A DNA stretch of 64,000 nt. Source: Eledone cirrhosa. Taxonomy: Eukaryota. Position 1 is the first letter of the stretch, and every line of letters starts with the position of its first letter. Location of the stretch: contig OZ024742.1 of NCBI GenBank assembly GCA_964016885.1, forward strand, positions 32,488,001 to 32,552,000, given 5' to 3'. The position numbers were made by a program, and so were the translations under genes. The notes under the pieces were generated by a model. It was not told where the DNA came from. It saw nothing but the letters and a program-made list of their open reading frames with translations, and made no database searches. Positions 41,127 through 54,435 of the stretch are shown piece by piece.

Positions 41127-43250
41127 TCATCATCATCACCGTTTTACGTCCGTTCTTCCATGCTAGCATGGGTTAGACGGGTTGTCCTGTTGTGGGCAGT
41201 GTCCAGTCGGCTGACCTTGTCTTGCTCATACGGGAACTGATTCTGGCTTGATTTCTACAGCTGGATGCACTTCCTAACACCAACCTCATTTTCAGTGAGT
41301 GCTGGGTGCTTTTTTCCCGTGGCACCTACACGTCCACTTTACATTGGGAGTGTGTGGGGGCATATTGTCTATATGCTTCAGCTTTGGCTTGTACCCATTG
41401 GAGGTCGGGTACTCTGTATTACTGCGTGACGCCAGATGTCATGGTCGTGTGTCATTGCCTTTGAGAGGTGTAATTGGGTAAGATCGGCTTTTATCCCAGG
41501 TCTTCTTGGGTCTCCTCACGCCGCGGTTTCCATCGACTTCTAGTGCTCTGCACCTTTTTATGCAGCTGTCATCCTTCATACACATCACATGTCCATACCA
41601 ACGCAACCGCCTCTCCTGCACACAGCATTTGATTCCTCTTATGCTCAGTCTCTCTCTCAATTCATTTATGCTTTGCCGTTCGCGTATATTACTATTACAC
41701 ATCCATCGGAGCATACAGGCTTCGTTTCTTTCTAATATACGCAAGTCTTCCACAGACAGCGCCCAGGTCTCACTACCATGTAACATTGTTGTTCGTATAC
41801 ACGCATCATACAGTCTGCCTTTCATTTTGAGGGAAAAGCCTTTTGCAGCTAGCAGTGGCAGTACCTGCCTGAACTTCTTCCATCCCGCTCTTACCCTAGT
41901 TATTGTCCTTTCCGAACACCCACCTCCGCTGCTAATTCGGTCACCTAGGTAGCAGAAGCTGTCTACTGTTTCTACAGAGCCCTCCTAGTGTTTGGTGGTA
42001 CTTGTTTCCTGTGGCTGTTTGCTGCTTGCTGTCCCAGCACAGCTGCTACATGTGAAGCCTACATTCTTAGTTAAGCTTCCTGAGATCCCGCTACATCTCT
42101 CAATGTACCATTGTTTGCATTTGGGGCAGAGAATGAAGTTCCTACCTACACCTTTCCTACATACTCCCTGAGGGGATCTGGATTCTTTTTTCTCGTCTAC
42201 TTACAAGGACCTTAGTCTTTGTCGGGTTGACTTTGAGACCCTTTCTTTCTAGTCCCTGCTTCCAAGTTTGGAATTTCTTCTCTAATTCTACCATAGATTC
42301 AGCTATAAGTGCGAGGTCATCAGCATACAGGAGTTCCCATGGGCATCCGGTCTTAAACTCCTCCGTTATTGCCTGCAGGACTATGATGAACAGAAGAGGG
42401 CTAAGAACAGAGCCCTGGTGGACTCCGACCTGTACGCTAAATTCCTCGCTATGCTCATTGCTAATCCTAACTTTGCTGACTGCTCCCCTATATATGGCTT
42501 GTACAGCTTTCACAAGCCATTCATCTACTCCTAGTTTTCTAAGAGCCCACCAGATTATAGCACGGGGAACTCTGTCAAAAGCTTTCTCGAGATCGACGAA
42601 TGCCAGGTAGAGTGGCTTACTTTTAGCTAGGTACTTTTCCTGTAACTGCCGCACAAGGAAGAGGGCATCAGTGGTGCCTCTTCCTGGCACAAACCCAAAT
42701 TGCATCTCATCTAATTTCACCCGGTCCCTAATCAACTATGCTATAACTCTTTCTGTTACTTTCATGACCTGGTCTATCAGCTTTATACCTCTATAGTTTC
42801 CTCTATCTAGTGCATCACCTTTACCTTTGTAGCAGTTGACAATGATGCTACTGTACCAATCCTTTGGTATGACACCTTCTAGTATTACCTGGTTAACAAT
42901 ACGTGTGGTTATGGTGTGACCTACCGACCCAGATGCCTTCAGCATCTCGCCAGCTATACCCGATGGACCGGTTGCCATCCCCGTCTTCATATCTTTGATT
43001 GCCTTACTTACTACGCTGCTGCCGACTTGTCTGCTGGCCCCTCTATAGGGTCTACTTGGGGTAGGGTCTCTTCTTCCCATGCATTCTCCTCATTTAGTAA
43101 TCTATCATAATGGCTCTTCCACGCATCTTTCTTCTCAGCACTTGTGAGGGCAAGCTCACCTTTATCATTCCGGATACACTTCTCTCCAATGACATCACAA
43201 TTCTCTTTGACACACTGCCTCGCAATCTTGAACACCTGTTTCTGGTTATA
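41127..43250 (-). mobile_element. RTE-clade LINE (sister PHD-finger subfamily), 5'-truncated and disrupted
   Basis: [58 protein letters not shown]; stops and frameshifts; UTR and (GAT)n tail. Confidence 0.9.
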
Positions 43251-43379
43251 TATATGAATATGTGTATATATGAATATGTGTGTATATATATATATATATA
43301 TAACAAAGGAATTGTGGTAAGGAACCAGATGGACCATAACGCACCAGAGTACTCAATACTTAGGGTAGTAGAGTGGGAA

Positions 43380-43496
43380 ATAGGAAAAAGTATGACCCCG
43401 ACGGCAGAGCTCAAGCCGTTTCGACGGCTATTTCTGGACTAGAAATAGCCGTCGAAACGGCTTGAGCTCTGCCGTCGGGGTCATACTTTTTCCTAT
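43380..43496. repeat. Perfect fold-back palindrome, 56-bp arms and 5-nt loop, within (TA)n
   Basis: ataggaaaaagtatgaccccgacggcagagctcaagccgtttcgacggctatttct-ggact-reverse complement. Confidence 0.95.
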
Positions 43497-43537
43497 ATAT
43501 ATATATAGATATGAACATACATACATACATACATACA

Positions 43538-43637
<100 letters not shown>

Positions 43638-44074
43638 CATGCCCTCCCCGCTCGTTATCCTACCACGTGGCCAAATGACACAAAAGATCATTAAAGCAGT
43701 AAAGTGAGAGAGAAAGAGAAAAGGAAAAAGAAGGGTTAGAGAGAGAAATGACAAAGTAAAAGAGAAATAAAAGACAATACATAGGATTGAGTGTGAGATA
43801 ACAGAGCTAGAGAGATGGCTAGATTGATATAAGGTAGTTGACTTCAAAAGAAAATTTGAAATGTATGCGTCCTAACGCAAATGACCATAATAATAGTTGA
43901 GAAAAATCGGGTAAAAATAGCCCTGTAAAAATATGTATGTATATATTTGTGTGTGTATACCATCTTAAAAGTGTAGACATCAAATAATATAGTCTTAGGT
44001 ATATAATACTGACACTAAGATGAGATGGTCATGGCTGACCTGGGATTGAACAACAATACTCCTGTATAGATTCA

Positions 44075-44612
44075 GAGTCACATATATACACTAACACACA
44101 CAGAGTCACATATCTACACTAATACACACAGAGTCACATATCTACACAGATTCACAGATTTACATATATACACTAACACACACACAGATTTACATATAGG
44201 CACATATCTACACTAACACACAGATTTACAGATTCACATATAGACACTAACACACACAGATTTACAGATTTACATATAGACACTAACACACACAGATTCA
44301 CAGATTCACATATAGACACTAACACACACAGATTCACATATAGACACTAACACACACAGATTTACAGATTCACATATAGACACTAACACACACAGATTTA
44401 CAGATTCACATATAGACACTAACACACACAGATTTACAGATTCACATATAGACACTAACACACACAGATTTACAGATTCACATATAGACACTAACACACA
44501 CAGATTTACAGATTCACATATAGACACTAACACACACAGATTTACAGATTTACATATAGACACTAACACACATAGATTTACAGATTCACATATAGACACA
44601 AACACATACAGA
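44075..44612. repeat. 36-bp minisatellite
   Basis: Unit cacatatagacactaacacacacagatttacagatt; 12-aa periodicity. Confidence 0.9.
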
Positions 44613-44825
44613 TAAACAGATAGGCATACTCATATAGAATTGTGTGCTGGATATCTATCAGTTCCAACAAAGTGTGTTCCAGTTGATCTGATCAATGAAA
44701 CAGCCTACTTGTGAAATTAACGTGCAATTGGCTGAACAGATTCTCTGGTATATAGGTTGTGACAAGGCTGGACCGTTTGAATTACAGGTATCAATCATTT
44801 TTGCCAGCTCAGTGGGCTGGAGCAA

Positions 44826-45797
44826 TCTATATATATAAAACTGTGGTTGTCTGTCTGTCTATCGATTTTTGGCACACATCTCCTCTTAGAATCTCTCACG
44901 GAATTGCACCGAAATTGCTAGACTTGTACATTGAGCCCTAGCGAAGACATCGGAAAAAAAAAATTTCAAATTGACCCACCCTATGTGACGAAATCGAATA
45001 TAATGTATCGATTTTTGAGCGTAAGTTATCAGTTATTTCCCTTTGTTCTGTTTACATTGAGCGTCTTACGTAAAAAATTACGCTAGCTTTCTCAGCGTTT
45101 AAAATGACATTAACAGTTGTCGAGCCAGCAAAATATTGACCTGCAAAATTCATCAGTTCGAACATTAAGCTTCCGTTTTGCTTCATTTCCATTTAAAAGC
45201 ATTTTAAAACAATATTTTTACTTGAAAACAAGTCTATTTAAAGACTACGTAAAACAAGCAAATATTTCGTCGTTAGGCGTGCAGACAGACAGTCGTGCAG
45301 ACAGACAGTCGTGCAGAGAGGTGATATACGTGTGCAGACAGACAGTCGTGCAGAGAGGTGATATAGGCGTGCAGAGAGACAGTCGTGCAGAGAGGTGATA
45401 TACGCGTGCAGACAGACAGTCGTGCAGAGAGGTGATATAGGCGTGCAGACAGACAGTCGTGCAGAGAGGTGATATAGGCGTGCAGACAGACATAACTGAT
45501 AATTTGGTTACGCTAATGTTTTTCTCTGCGTTGCAGTGTTTACATTTTCGATCTTTGTTAATAAATAACCAGTGCAGTTTCTATCCCCAGCATCCTCTTT
45601 TGTTATAACATTCGGGTTATCGTTATGTTTTCTTAACTTCATAAGGCATATTGTTGGTTGAGGGAATATTAATCAAAAACACCACATGCAAGTCTGCACA
45701 GTAGACACTACAGTTTTTAAGCCAAGAAAGAAACTTAACATTGTAACTTTAACACAGCTACTGAGCGACCCCGAGCAACGCCGGGCTTTACTGCTAG
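44826..45797 (+). mobile_element. Non-autonomous Helitron inserted into a SINE
   Basis: A|TCTATATATATAAAA start, short (ctgt)n, subterminal hairpin cccgagcaacgccggg, CTAG|T end, no TSD; joined flanks (ctggagcaa|tatgaaataaagtgtcttg) restore the SINE sequence seen at ~7405-7450. Confidence 0.85.
45277..45491. repeat. 37-bp tandem repeat inside the Helitron
   Basis: Unit gcgtgcagacagacagtcgtgcagagaggtgatatag. Confidence 0.9.
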
Positions 45798-46087
45798 TAT
45801 GAAATAAAGTGTCTTGTTCGAGGACACAATGTGATACCATGAACTGAACACCTTAACCACTAAACAACACGCCTTCACAGATATAAACACACACATACAT
45901 AGATTCACATATGGACACATATGGACATACATGCACACACACACACACATATATATAGTAAGGTGTATTATTGTTTGTGTCAAACGGTCCAATAAAATGT
46001 TTGTTAGCAATATTAAGTTCTCCACGCTTTTGTATATCTCCAATTCCATTTATGGGAACAGCTAGATGATGTAAAACGGAGTATTTG

Positions 46088-46258
46088 TATCAAAATAAAG
46101 ATCCGAAGGCATGGTATAAATTTCCAATCATTTTAATCACGACACATGTTTCAATAAGAGATAGATCGATCAATAAGAGATAGATCTCTTATTGAAACAT
46201 GTGTCGCGATTAAAATGATTGGAAATTTATACCATGTCTTCGGATCTTTATTTTGATA
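46088..46258. repeat. Fold-back palindrome, ~75-bp arms, with a duplicated central 17-mer
   Basis: Arms differ at about two positions; centre has tcaataagagatagatc twice; each arm read outward has GAAA-catgtg-TC (hammerhead 3' half-like). Confidence 0.9.
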
Positions 46259-46284
46259 TATATATATATATACACAGGTTATGT

Positions 46285-47395
46285 TTCTGACTACTCATAC
46301 ATTGACGACATAGGGTGGCAACAGGCCACTTTACCGGTCAGGTATGGCGGCCTAGGCCTCCGGTCCCCGATCTCACTAGCTTTGCCAGTGTATCTTTCAT
46401 CGGTAACCTCGTGCCGCGTCCTCGTCAGCAGGGTTCTTCAAAACACAACAGAACCCTCTGTGTTCAGAGAACGTGAGGCCGCCTGTGAGATGTGGGACCG
46501 GCTGGGACTTAGCCCAGTAGACGTCCCTCCTCCTTCTCCCCCTGTTGACGTCAAGTCCCCCAATGCACTTGGAATGCCATCCAGTGCAGCCTGGCCTCAG
46601 ACAGGCTCACGCGCCAGCTCGACCAGCACCGCCTTGCTTGTTTTCGCGCGGCCTCCAAACCCCACAGTGGTGCCTGGCTCCATGCTCTGCCCTCCTTCTC
46701 CACTGGCACGTAGCTAGACAACCATAGCCTGCGAATCGGCGTTTCCCTGAGGCTCGGCCTCCGGATCTGCGAGCCACACCAATGTCGCTGCGGTTCCACC
46801 GTGGACTCTTTCGGCCTCCACCCGCTTTCCTGTCGCCACAGTGCCGGCAGCATTCCACACCATACTGCCCTCAACGAGATCATTAAGCATGGCTTGGATG
46901 CTACAGGCTTCCATTCCCAGCTTGAGCCGGTGGGGCTGGATCGAGGGGACGGCAATAGGCCAGATGGCATGACCATCTTCCCGTTCCGTGGTGGCAAACC
47001 CCTCGTCTGGGATGCCACTTGCACCAACACTTTCTGCAGCCGCAACCTGGTGCAGTCTGCGACTGACCCAGGTTCTGCTGCACGTCGGGCTGAGGGGACC
47101 AAACTCCTCAAATACCGGTCACTCTCTGACAGGTTTGCGGTCGTTCCTCTGGCAGTGGAAACTTCTGGTGTCCTCGGCCCCAGGACTACCTCCTTACTCA
47201 CCACCATAGGCGCTGAGCTGGCCAGCCGCAGGTGTGAGCCCCACGAGTTGGAGTGGCTTTTCCAGCGCGTCTCCCTTGCCGCCCTCCGGGTACACGCCTT
47301 CTCCAGTCTGTCCGCCGAGGCTGTGGGTGACCCCATCGCATACCAATACATTAGTTAAATACCATTCTTTCATCTGATACAACACAATAAAGTCG
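46285..47395 (+). mobile_element. CRE-clade (RLE) non-LTR retrotransposon 3' fragment
   Basis: QATLPVRYGGLGLRS; LRLGLRICEPHQCRCG..DSFGLHPLSC (CCHC); EPVGLDRGDGNRPDG..LVWDATC (RLE); frameshift and stop; GC-rich; AATAAA near the end. Confidence 0.85.
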
Positions 47396-49175
47396 CTGAT
47401 GCATTGTAATTGGTGTACAAACGTACATTATTTTACAGTCATTTTTCCCATGATGGCATATCTATGTTATATAGTAATGCAGGTGTTTATACATGTGTGT
47501 GTATGTACATATGTTTGTGTATGTAGGTATGTACGTATTTATGTATGTGTGAGGGTCTTTTGAGTGCTAATGGTTACATGTAATCCAGTTCACCCAGTTA
47601 CATAACACTGGGTAATTGCTGGCCTTGTGACTAAAGTAGAAACAATTATATTATTCCAACATAAGTCCAAAACTGGGATTGATTATTTCTCTGTCTCTCT
47701 TTATCACTTTCTCTAGAAGGAGTTAACTGTTGTCCAGCTTCAGAAGAGATGAGCCCCACCAAGTTTTAACATGTCCAACACATATATGTCAGAATGACGC
47801 CTCTACAACTTGATAGTGCAACAGAAAACAGAAAATTATTTGTGATGGCAAATAAGTGAATTGTCAAACCTCTAATCATGCTTGACTCAGTGGACAGAAA
47901 CGTGTGAAGCATGCTTTAATGGATGTGCAATGTCAGAGAGCAGAAAAGACACACAGAAACCATATAAAATGTGTAACAGTCTCTTAATGCATAAGGGTGC
48001 TTAGCTCCAGTTTCATGGTATTTAGTGGATGAGAGGATAAAACCTCTTCCTGGATATGATACCTGTCTACTGCAGATGAATCTTGTACTTGTTACTCCCA
48101 ACAGCTAGGTAATCTGATAGAGTGAAGGATAAAGTGTCCTGGGGTGAATTTGAAATTGTGAGCTGTAAGGGAGTTGCTGCAGCATGGTCTTAAATATGCT
48201 GGCTAAAACAAACTAAAGAAAACATTTTTTTCTTTTTTTACATGATGTTGAGAGATGGGCTATGCTCATGACTATTTTGAGGACCTTCAAGTGGGAGCAA
48301 GGAAGGAAGCTATCTTTAGACTTGACCCAAATGTTTGCAACAGGGCAAACCCATTAAAGATACCCAAAGTCAGGATGTGATTTTAAACCTCTCCTGCCAT
48401 ATTTCTAATTAAATAAACTACATTTTAATTAATTAATGAAAACTTTTGAGGGACTTAGTAATTACATAATTAATAATTTTGATAAGATAGTAACTTAATA
48501 TATGGTTCTAATATAAAGTTATGATGACAGATTTTAATTTAATTCTTTAGTTACCAACCTGGCCAAAACCAGCTCTAGTTCTATGAAATAAAATCACCTA
48601 TTTTAAAGGTTTCCCATTTAAATTAAAAATCCAACATAATTTTTATATAAGAACCTTTCATTAAGTTATCTTAACCTTTCATTAAGTTTTTCTTAGTTTT
48701 TTTAGTAAATCCCTCAAAATTCTTCATTAATTAATTAAAATTGAGTGTATTTCATTAGAAATGTGGCCATGAAATGGTTAAATAAGAAATCTTTAAAATG
48801 AATGGTTTTGTTTCATAAAAGCAGAGGCAGTTTTGACTGGGTTGGTATCAAGGGGATTAAACCAAGCAAAACAGGCGTCTACACAGTTTCTGCCTACCAA
48901 ACTTCACTTGCAAGGCTTGGTCAACATGAATCTACCGTAGGAGACACTTGTCCAAACACTGTACAGTGGGACTGAACCCCCAAACATGCAAAGCAAATTT
49001 CTTAACTACCTACTCATGACTAAAGAATGATTAGTAGATAGTTCAGTACAATCATCCACTTGACTCCTCTAACCATGGCCACCACAATAAATACCACAAA
49101 TAAGTTGCTGATTGTATAATTTATGATATCTAGTTTCTATGTCAAGTTTCCTTGAACACATAAAATGGTCAATTG

Positions 49176-49236
<61 letters not shown>

Positions 49237-49460
49237 TGTGAGTGTGTGTGTGTGTCATCATTATCATTGTTTAACATCCATCTTCCCTGCTAGCAATATA
49301 TATATTATCTGTATGTGTATATATATATATATATATATGTGTATATATATATAAGTATTGAAGTTTCCGTTGAAAATTGAAAAAGTCAGAGGAATGAAGA
49401 GTGCTCTATGTAAGTTACAGAGCTAAATATTAATGTATAATAAATAATACAATATAATTA

Positions 49461-49528
49461 CCTCATTACCAAAGGTTTCCCGAATAAGACGAATACAAGA
49501 AATGTCCGGATTCGTTCGTCAGACAAGG
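49461..49528 (-). ncRNA. Hammerhead ribozyme motif in a pLTR-like unit
   Basis: ccttgt-CTGACGA-acgaat...attcgg-GAAA-cc(ttt)gg-TA-atgagg: stems I, II and III can pair; GUA cleavage triplet. Confidence 0.7.
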
Positions 49529-49559
49529 CAATTATATTGTATTGTTTATAATACATTAA

Positions 49560-49591
<32 letters not shown>

Positions 49592-49600
49592 TTGATATTT

Positions 49601-49632
<32 letters not shown>

Positions 49633-49637
<5 letters not shown>

Positions 49638-51906
49638 ACTATTTGATATTTCGCAAGAAATGGAGAAACTCAATCAAAGATTCTAGATCTTATTCCTCCT
49701 TTAGCTCTGTCGGCTCAGATCATCGAGTCATCTCGGCAACAATCAAACTTAGTCTCAGGATATCCAAGAGGGCCGAACCTCATCTCATAAAAAGAATAGA
49801 CTGGAAAGCCGTTTCTTCCAACAAACAACTATCCAATAGCTTCACGCTTCAAGTCTATAACAGATTTCAATCTCTCTCAACTTCTGACATCAATGACGAT
49901 AATATTGAGGATGTGTATGACTGTCTTAAGCAATCAACAGAGGAAGTTGCACTTGCCACCCTACCTAAAAAGAAAAGCCGAAGCCAAATGAAACCTAGTG
50001 CCTCAGGGAAGGTAGTTGAGGCAAGGGCCCATCTTAGGTCAATATCCCAATCTCACCATCAATCACCATCTCAAGGGCAAAAGATACAGCTTATCATGGC
50101 CAAAAAATCACTAGACGACGCTTATCTTAATGCTGAAGCCGACTATATCTCAGGTAGGATTGATCAGCTATCGCAACATCACATCAGCAAACACCATCAT
50201 CTTGCTTGGAAGGTTGTCAAAGATCTAACAGGCAAAAACTCAAACTCTGAAGTTAAAATCAAAGGAGGCTCTGCCAAAAAACGTCTTGAAAATTGGTCTG
50301 TTCATTTTAAAAACCTTCTAGGGAAAAAGGCCAGACTCCCTGATAACTATCAACTGCCATCCGTTCAGGTCTCAGAGCCTTTAGGAATCAACACCTCTCC
50401 TTTCACCATGCCTGAGCTCAAAGAAACCATCAAACAGCTCAAAGCCTCAAAAGCCTTTGGGCCGGATAATATACCTACCCTGATTTGGAAGGATGAGCAT
50501 TTCCACATCCTTTTGCTCAACTTATGTAACCATACTTTCGAGACCAATAAACCACCTAGCGTCTGGCATGCAGCTCAAATTATCCCCATGCCCAAAAAAG
50601 GAGATCTTTCTTTAGCCACCAACTATAGAGGAATTTCTCTCATGGCAATTGCTGCAAAAATATACAACAAGCTTCTTCTTAACCGCTTAATCCCATTTCT
50701 TGAGCCAATCCTTCGTAACAACCAGAATGGATTTAGGAGAGGTAGATCAACACTTAGCCAGATTCTCTGCCTTCGCCGACTTATAGAGGAGTCCCAAAAC
50801 CGCAATCTAGACCTTGCACTCATCTTTGTTGATTTTTCAAAAGCCTTCGACTCAGTTGACAGGTCGGGGATGTTTGAAATTCTACAACTCTATGGGATTC
50901 CTGATAAAATCATCGCGGCCATACGTGTAATGTATACAGATACCAAATTAACTGTCCTGACCCCAGACACCACCTTTCTCAATCCTCGCTGGAATTTTAC
51001 AGGGCGATACCCTTGCTCCGTATCTATCATTGTTGTGGATTATGTTTTGCGCATGTCTGTGGATAGGATTCGGGATAGGGGATACCAACTACAGCCTAGG
51101 AGAAGCTCACGCGACCCAACAAAATACTTGACCGACACCGACTTTGCTGACGACATCGCATTGATCAGTCGGACACTGGAAAGTGCTGAGAGTCTTTTGA
51201 AGTCATTAGAGCAAGCATCCAACTGTGTTGGACTGTACCTCAACGAATCCAAGACTGAGTATGTGAACAGATGCGCAAACAGCCCAAACTACCCCCATCA
51301 GAACCCTTAATGGTACCACCCTTAAGCAGGTAGAAGATTACAAGTATCTTGGCTCATATATCTCCTCCTCCAAAAAAGATTTTCTAACCAGGAAGGGTAT
51401 GGCATGGTCAGCATGCAATGACATGCACGCCATATGGACATCTCAACTTACCAACAAGCTAAAACTGGAAATATTCCAAGCAACTATTAAGCCCATATTA
51501 CTTTATGGATCAGAAACTTGGACACTAACATCACAACTTGAGAGGAGATTGGATGGCACATATACCCGCCTCTTAATGAGAGTGCAAAACCTATCCTGGA
51601 AACGACATCCCACCTTGTCTAAAATCTATGGCAAACTCCCTCGAGCCTCTGCCCTTCTAAAATCCCGGAGAGCTCAATTTGCTGGCCACTGTCACCGTGC
51701 CAGCAATGAAATCATATCCGCTCTCTTGCTCTGGAACCCTGACTCCAGCCTGACTAAGAGTAGGAAGCTGTCATTCCCTGACGTTATCTCTAGGGATACG
51801 GGAATCAGTAGACAGGACCTGGGGGCAGCGATGGGGGACGGGGAATTCTGGGGCATGAGAGTGAGATCCATCATCTCGACAGTAGTCGACGAATGATGAT
51901 GATGAT
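49633..51906 (+). mobile_element. RTE-like LINE (distinct family), 5'-truncated within the endonuclease, with frameshifts
   Basis: DYLIFRKKW, SDHR, KAFGPDNIP, NYRGISL, QNGFRRGRST, FVDFSKAFD, FADD, YKYLG, LLYGSETW; (GAT)n tail; (TA)n on both sides. Confidence 0.9.
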
Positions 51907-51913
51907 ATATATG

Positions 51914-51998
<85 letters not shown>

Positions 51999-52580
51999 CA
52001 TCATCATCATCACCATTTTATGTCCGTTCTTCTACGCTAGCATGGGTTAGACGGGTTGTCCTGTTGTGGGCAGTGTCTGGTCGGCTGACCATGCCTTGCT
52101 CATATAGGAACTGATTTGGCTTGATTTCTACAGCTGGATGCCCTTCCTAACACCAACCTCATTTACAGTGAGTGCTGGGTGCTTTTTCTTGGTGCCTACA
52201 CGTCCACTTTACAGTGTGGGCTGGGTGCTTTTTTGCCGTGGCACCTCCACGACCACTTTGCAGTGGGGGGTGTGGGGGCATATTGTCTATATGCTTCAGC
52301 TTGTACCCAAGGGAGGTCGGGTACTCTGTATTACTGTGTGACGCCAGAGGTCACGGTCGTGTGTCATCGCCTTTGAGAGGTGTAATCGGGTAAGGTCAGC
52401 TTTTATCACCTCATCCCAGGTCATCTTGGGTCTCCCCACTCCGCGGTTTCCATCGGCTTCTAGTGCTCTGCACCTTTTTTATGCAGCTGTCATCCTTCAT
52501 ATGCATCACATGTCACACTAAAACAAGACAGCGTAGGACAGAACAAAGGAGAGGCACAAAAACAAAGAAAAGAATCCCCA

Positions 52581-52623
52581 GTCACTGAAGAGGTCACAGA
52601 ATGTGTGACGAAAGAACTTTGAC
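52581..52623 (+). ncRNA. Minimal hammerhead ribozyme motif
   Basis: gtca-CTGAAGA-g-gtcac(agaatgt)gtgac-GAAA-gaac-TT-tgac. Confidence 0.8.
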
Positions 52624-52833
52624 AATATATAAACAATCATCTGGTTGTGGAACCAACCAACCAACGAGAAATTTATAAATTCCTAAATTTATAAATTTAT
52701 TATAATAAATTGAAGTGAAAGTAACTGGTGCGTGTGTTTCTTATTGGCAACATAACTCTCCCAAAGTACAACAATATCGGTTTCAACACACGTTTTCAGA
52801 TAAAGAATCTTGCTAAACAAATTCAGAAACGAA

Positions 52834-52864
<31 letters not shown>

Positions 52865-54435
52865 AAGTTATATTTAAAATTGTTGGGTAAATATTAGTAA
52901 ATATTTATAACTGATATAAAAGCACTCGACAAAAATTCCCTTAACCTACGGACAAATTTATTCAGTTGTTGCAAACATAGATTAAACTCAACGTTTAAAT
53001 ATAAATTTAAATTTAAAATGTAGTATATTTAGTTTGATTTATATTTATATGTGAACTAGCCGATAAATTTTTTGATTCCTAAATCTTTGATTCCCTCTTT
53101 TTACTCTTTTTTTTATTGTTTATTTTTATTTTATTTTTATCTAAACATTCCTCATGAAAAATTTAAGCTACCCTAAAAGCCGATGCTCCAAATTTTTTGA
53201 ATTAACCTTACACTAGATAAACTTCTATATTAAATATAAGAACATATGTAGAACTAATTGGACATCATAATCTTTTTGAAATGTTCTTTGCTAGATGTGA
53301 TTTGATAGATAATTTTTGGCTTTGTCTTGTAATGAACTTGGCAATATATTGTCAATTAACTTTGAAGGGTTGTTCTTTGTGGTTTATTTTTATTTTTATT
53401 TTTATTTTTATTTTTTAGTATTGTAGTATTCTATAATATTTTTTTATTTTTTATTTTATTTTATTTTATTTTATTTTTAATATCTTTAATATGTAAATTT
53501 TTAATACGTAATATTTTTTAATACGTAGTATTTTTAATATGTAATATTTTTATTATGTAATATTCTTTCGTAATATATATTTTTTTTTTTTTTTTTTTTT
53601 AGTTTTCTATTCTATATATTTTTACTTATTATTATTATTGTTATCTTTTTATTTTTAGTTTTGTTTATAATATAATATATATTTTTATTAGTATACTGAA
53701 ATCTGCTCTCTATTTCTGCTTGATAGATAATCTTGTAGAGTAATGACAGGAATAATAATACGCTCAAATTTTTATACCACATTGAGAATGTTTTCCGGTA
53801 ACCTAGAGTTTGCAGAGTGAATCAGTTGGATTCACATGGATGTTTGTAGCTGTCACATAAACATATGAATTTTTTAAAACTAAACATAAGATAATTAATT
53901 TTCACACATTATGGATACTTGTTTCATTCAGGAATACTGATATTTACAATATAGTGTAAGTTTTATAAATACTAATACATTAATACATAGGGTTTTCTAC
54001 GCCTCGAATATGTCTGGCTATTTTTAAATTTTTTCTCTCGCTATTTTTTCCTCTCTCTATATTTTTTTCTCTCTCTATATATCTCCCTTACATTAATACT
54101 TGAGATAAATAAATAAATAAATAAATAAATGTATCATTGATACACTTACTCAAAATGACCTCCCACTACCTAATTTTCTATATATATATATATCTATCTC
54201 TATTTCCTCTCTCTCTATATATATATATATATATTCATATATATATATATATTCATATATATATATATTCATATATATATATTCATATATATATATTCAT
54301 ATATATATACATATACAATATATATATATACAAATATATATATTCATATATATATATATTCATATATATATATTCATATATATATATATTCATATATATA
54401 CAATATATATACAATATATATATAAGTCCCCCGCT

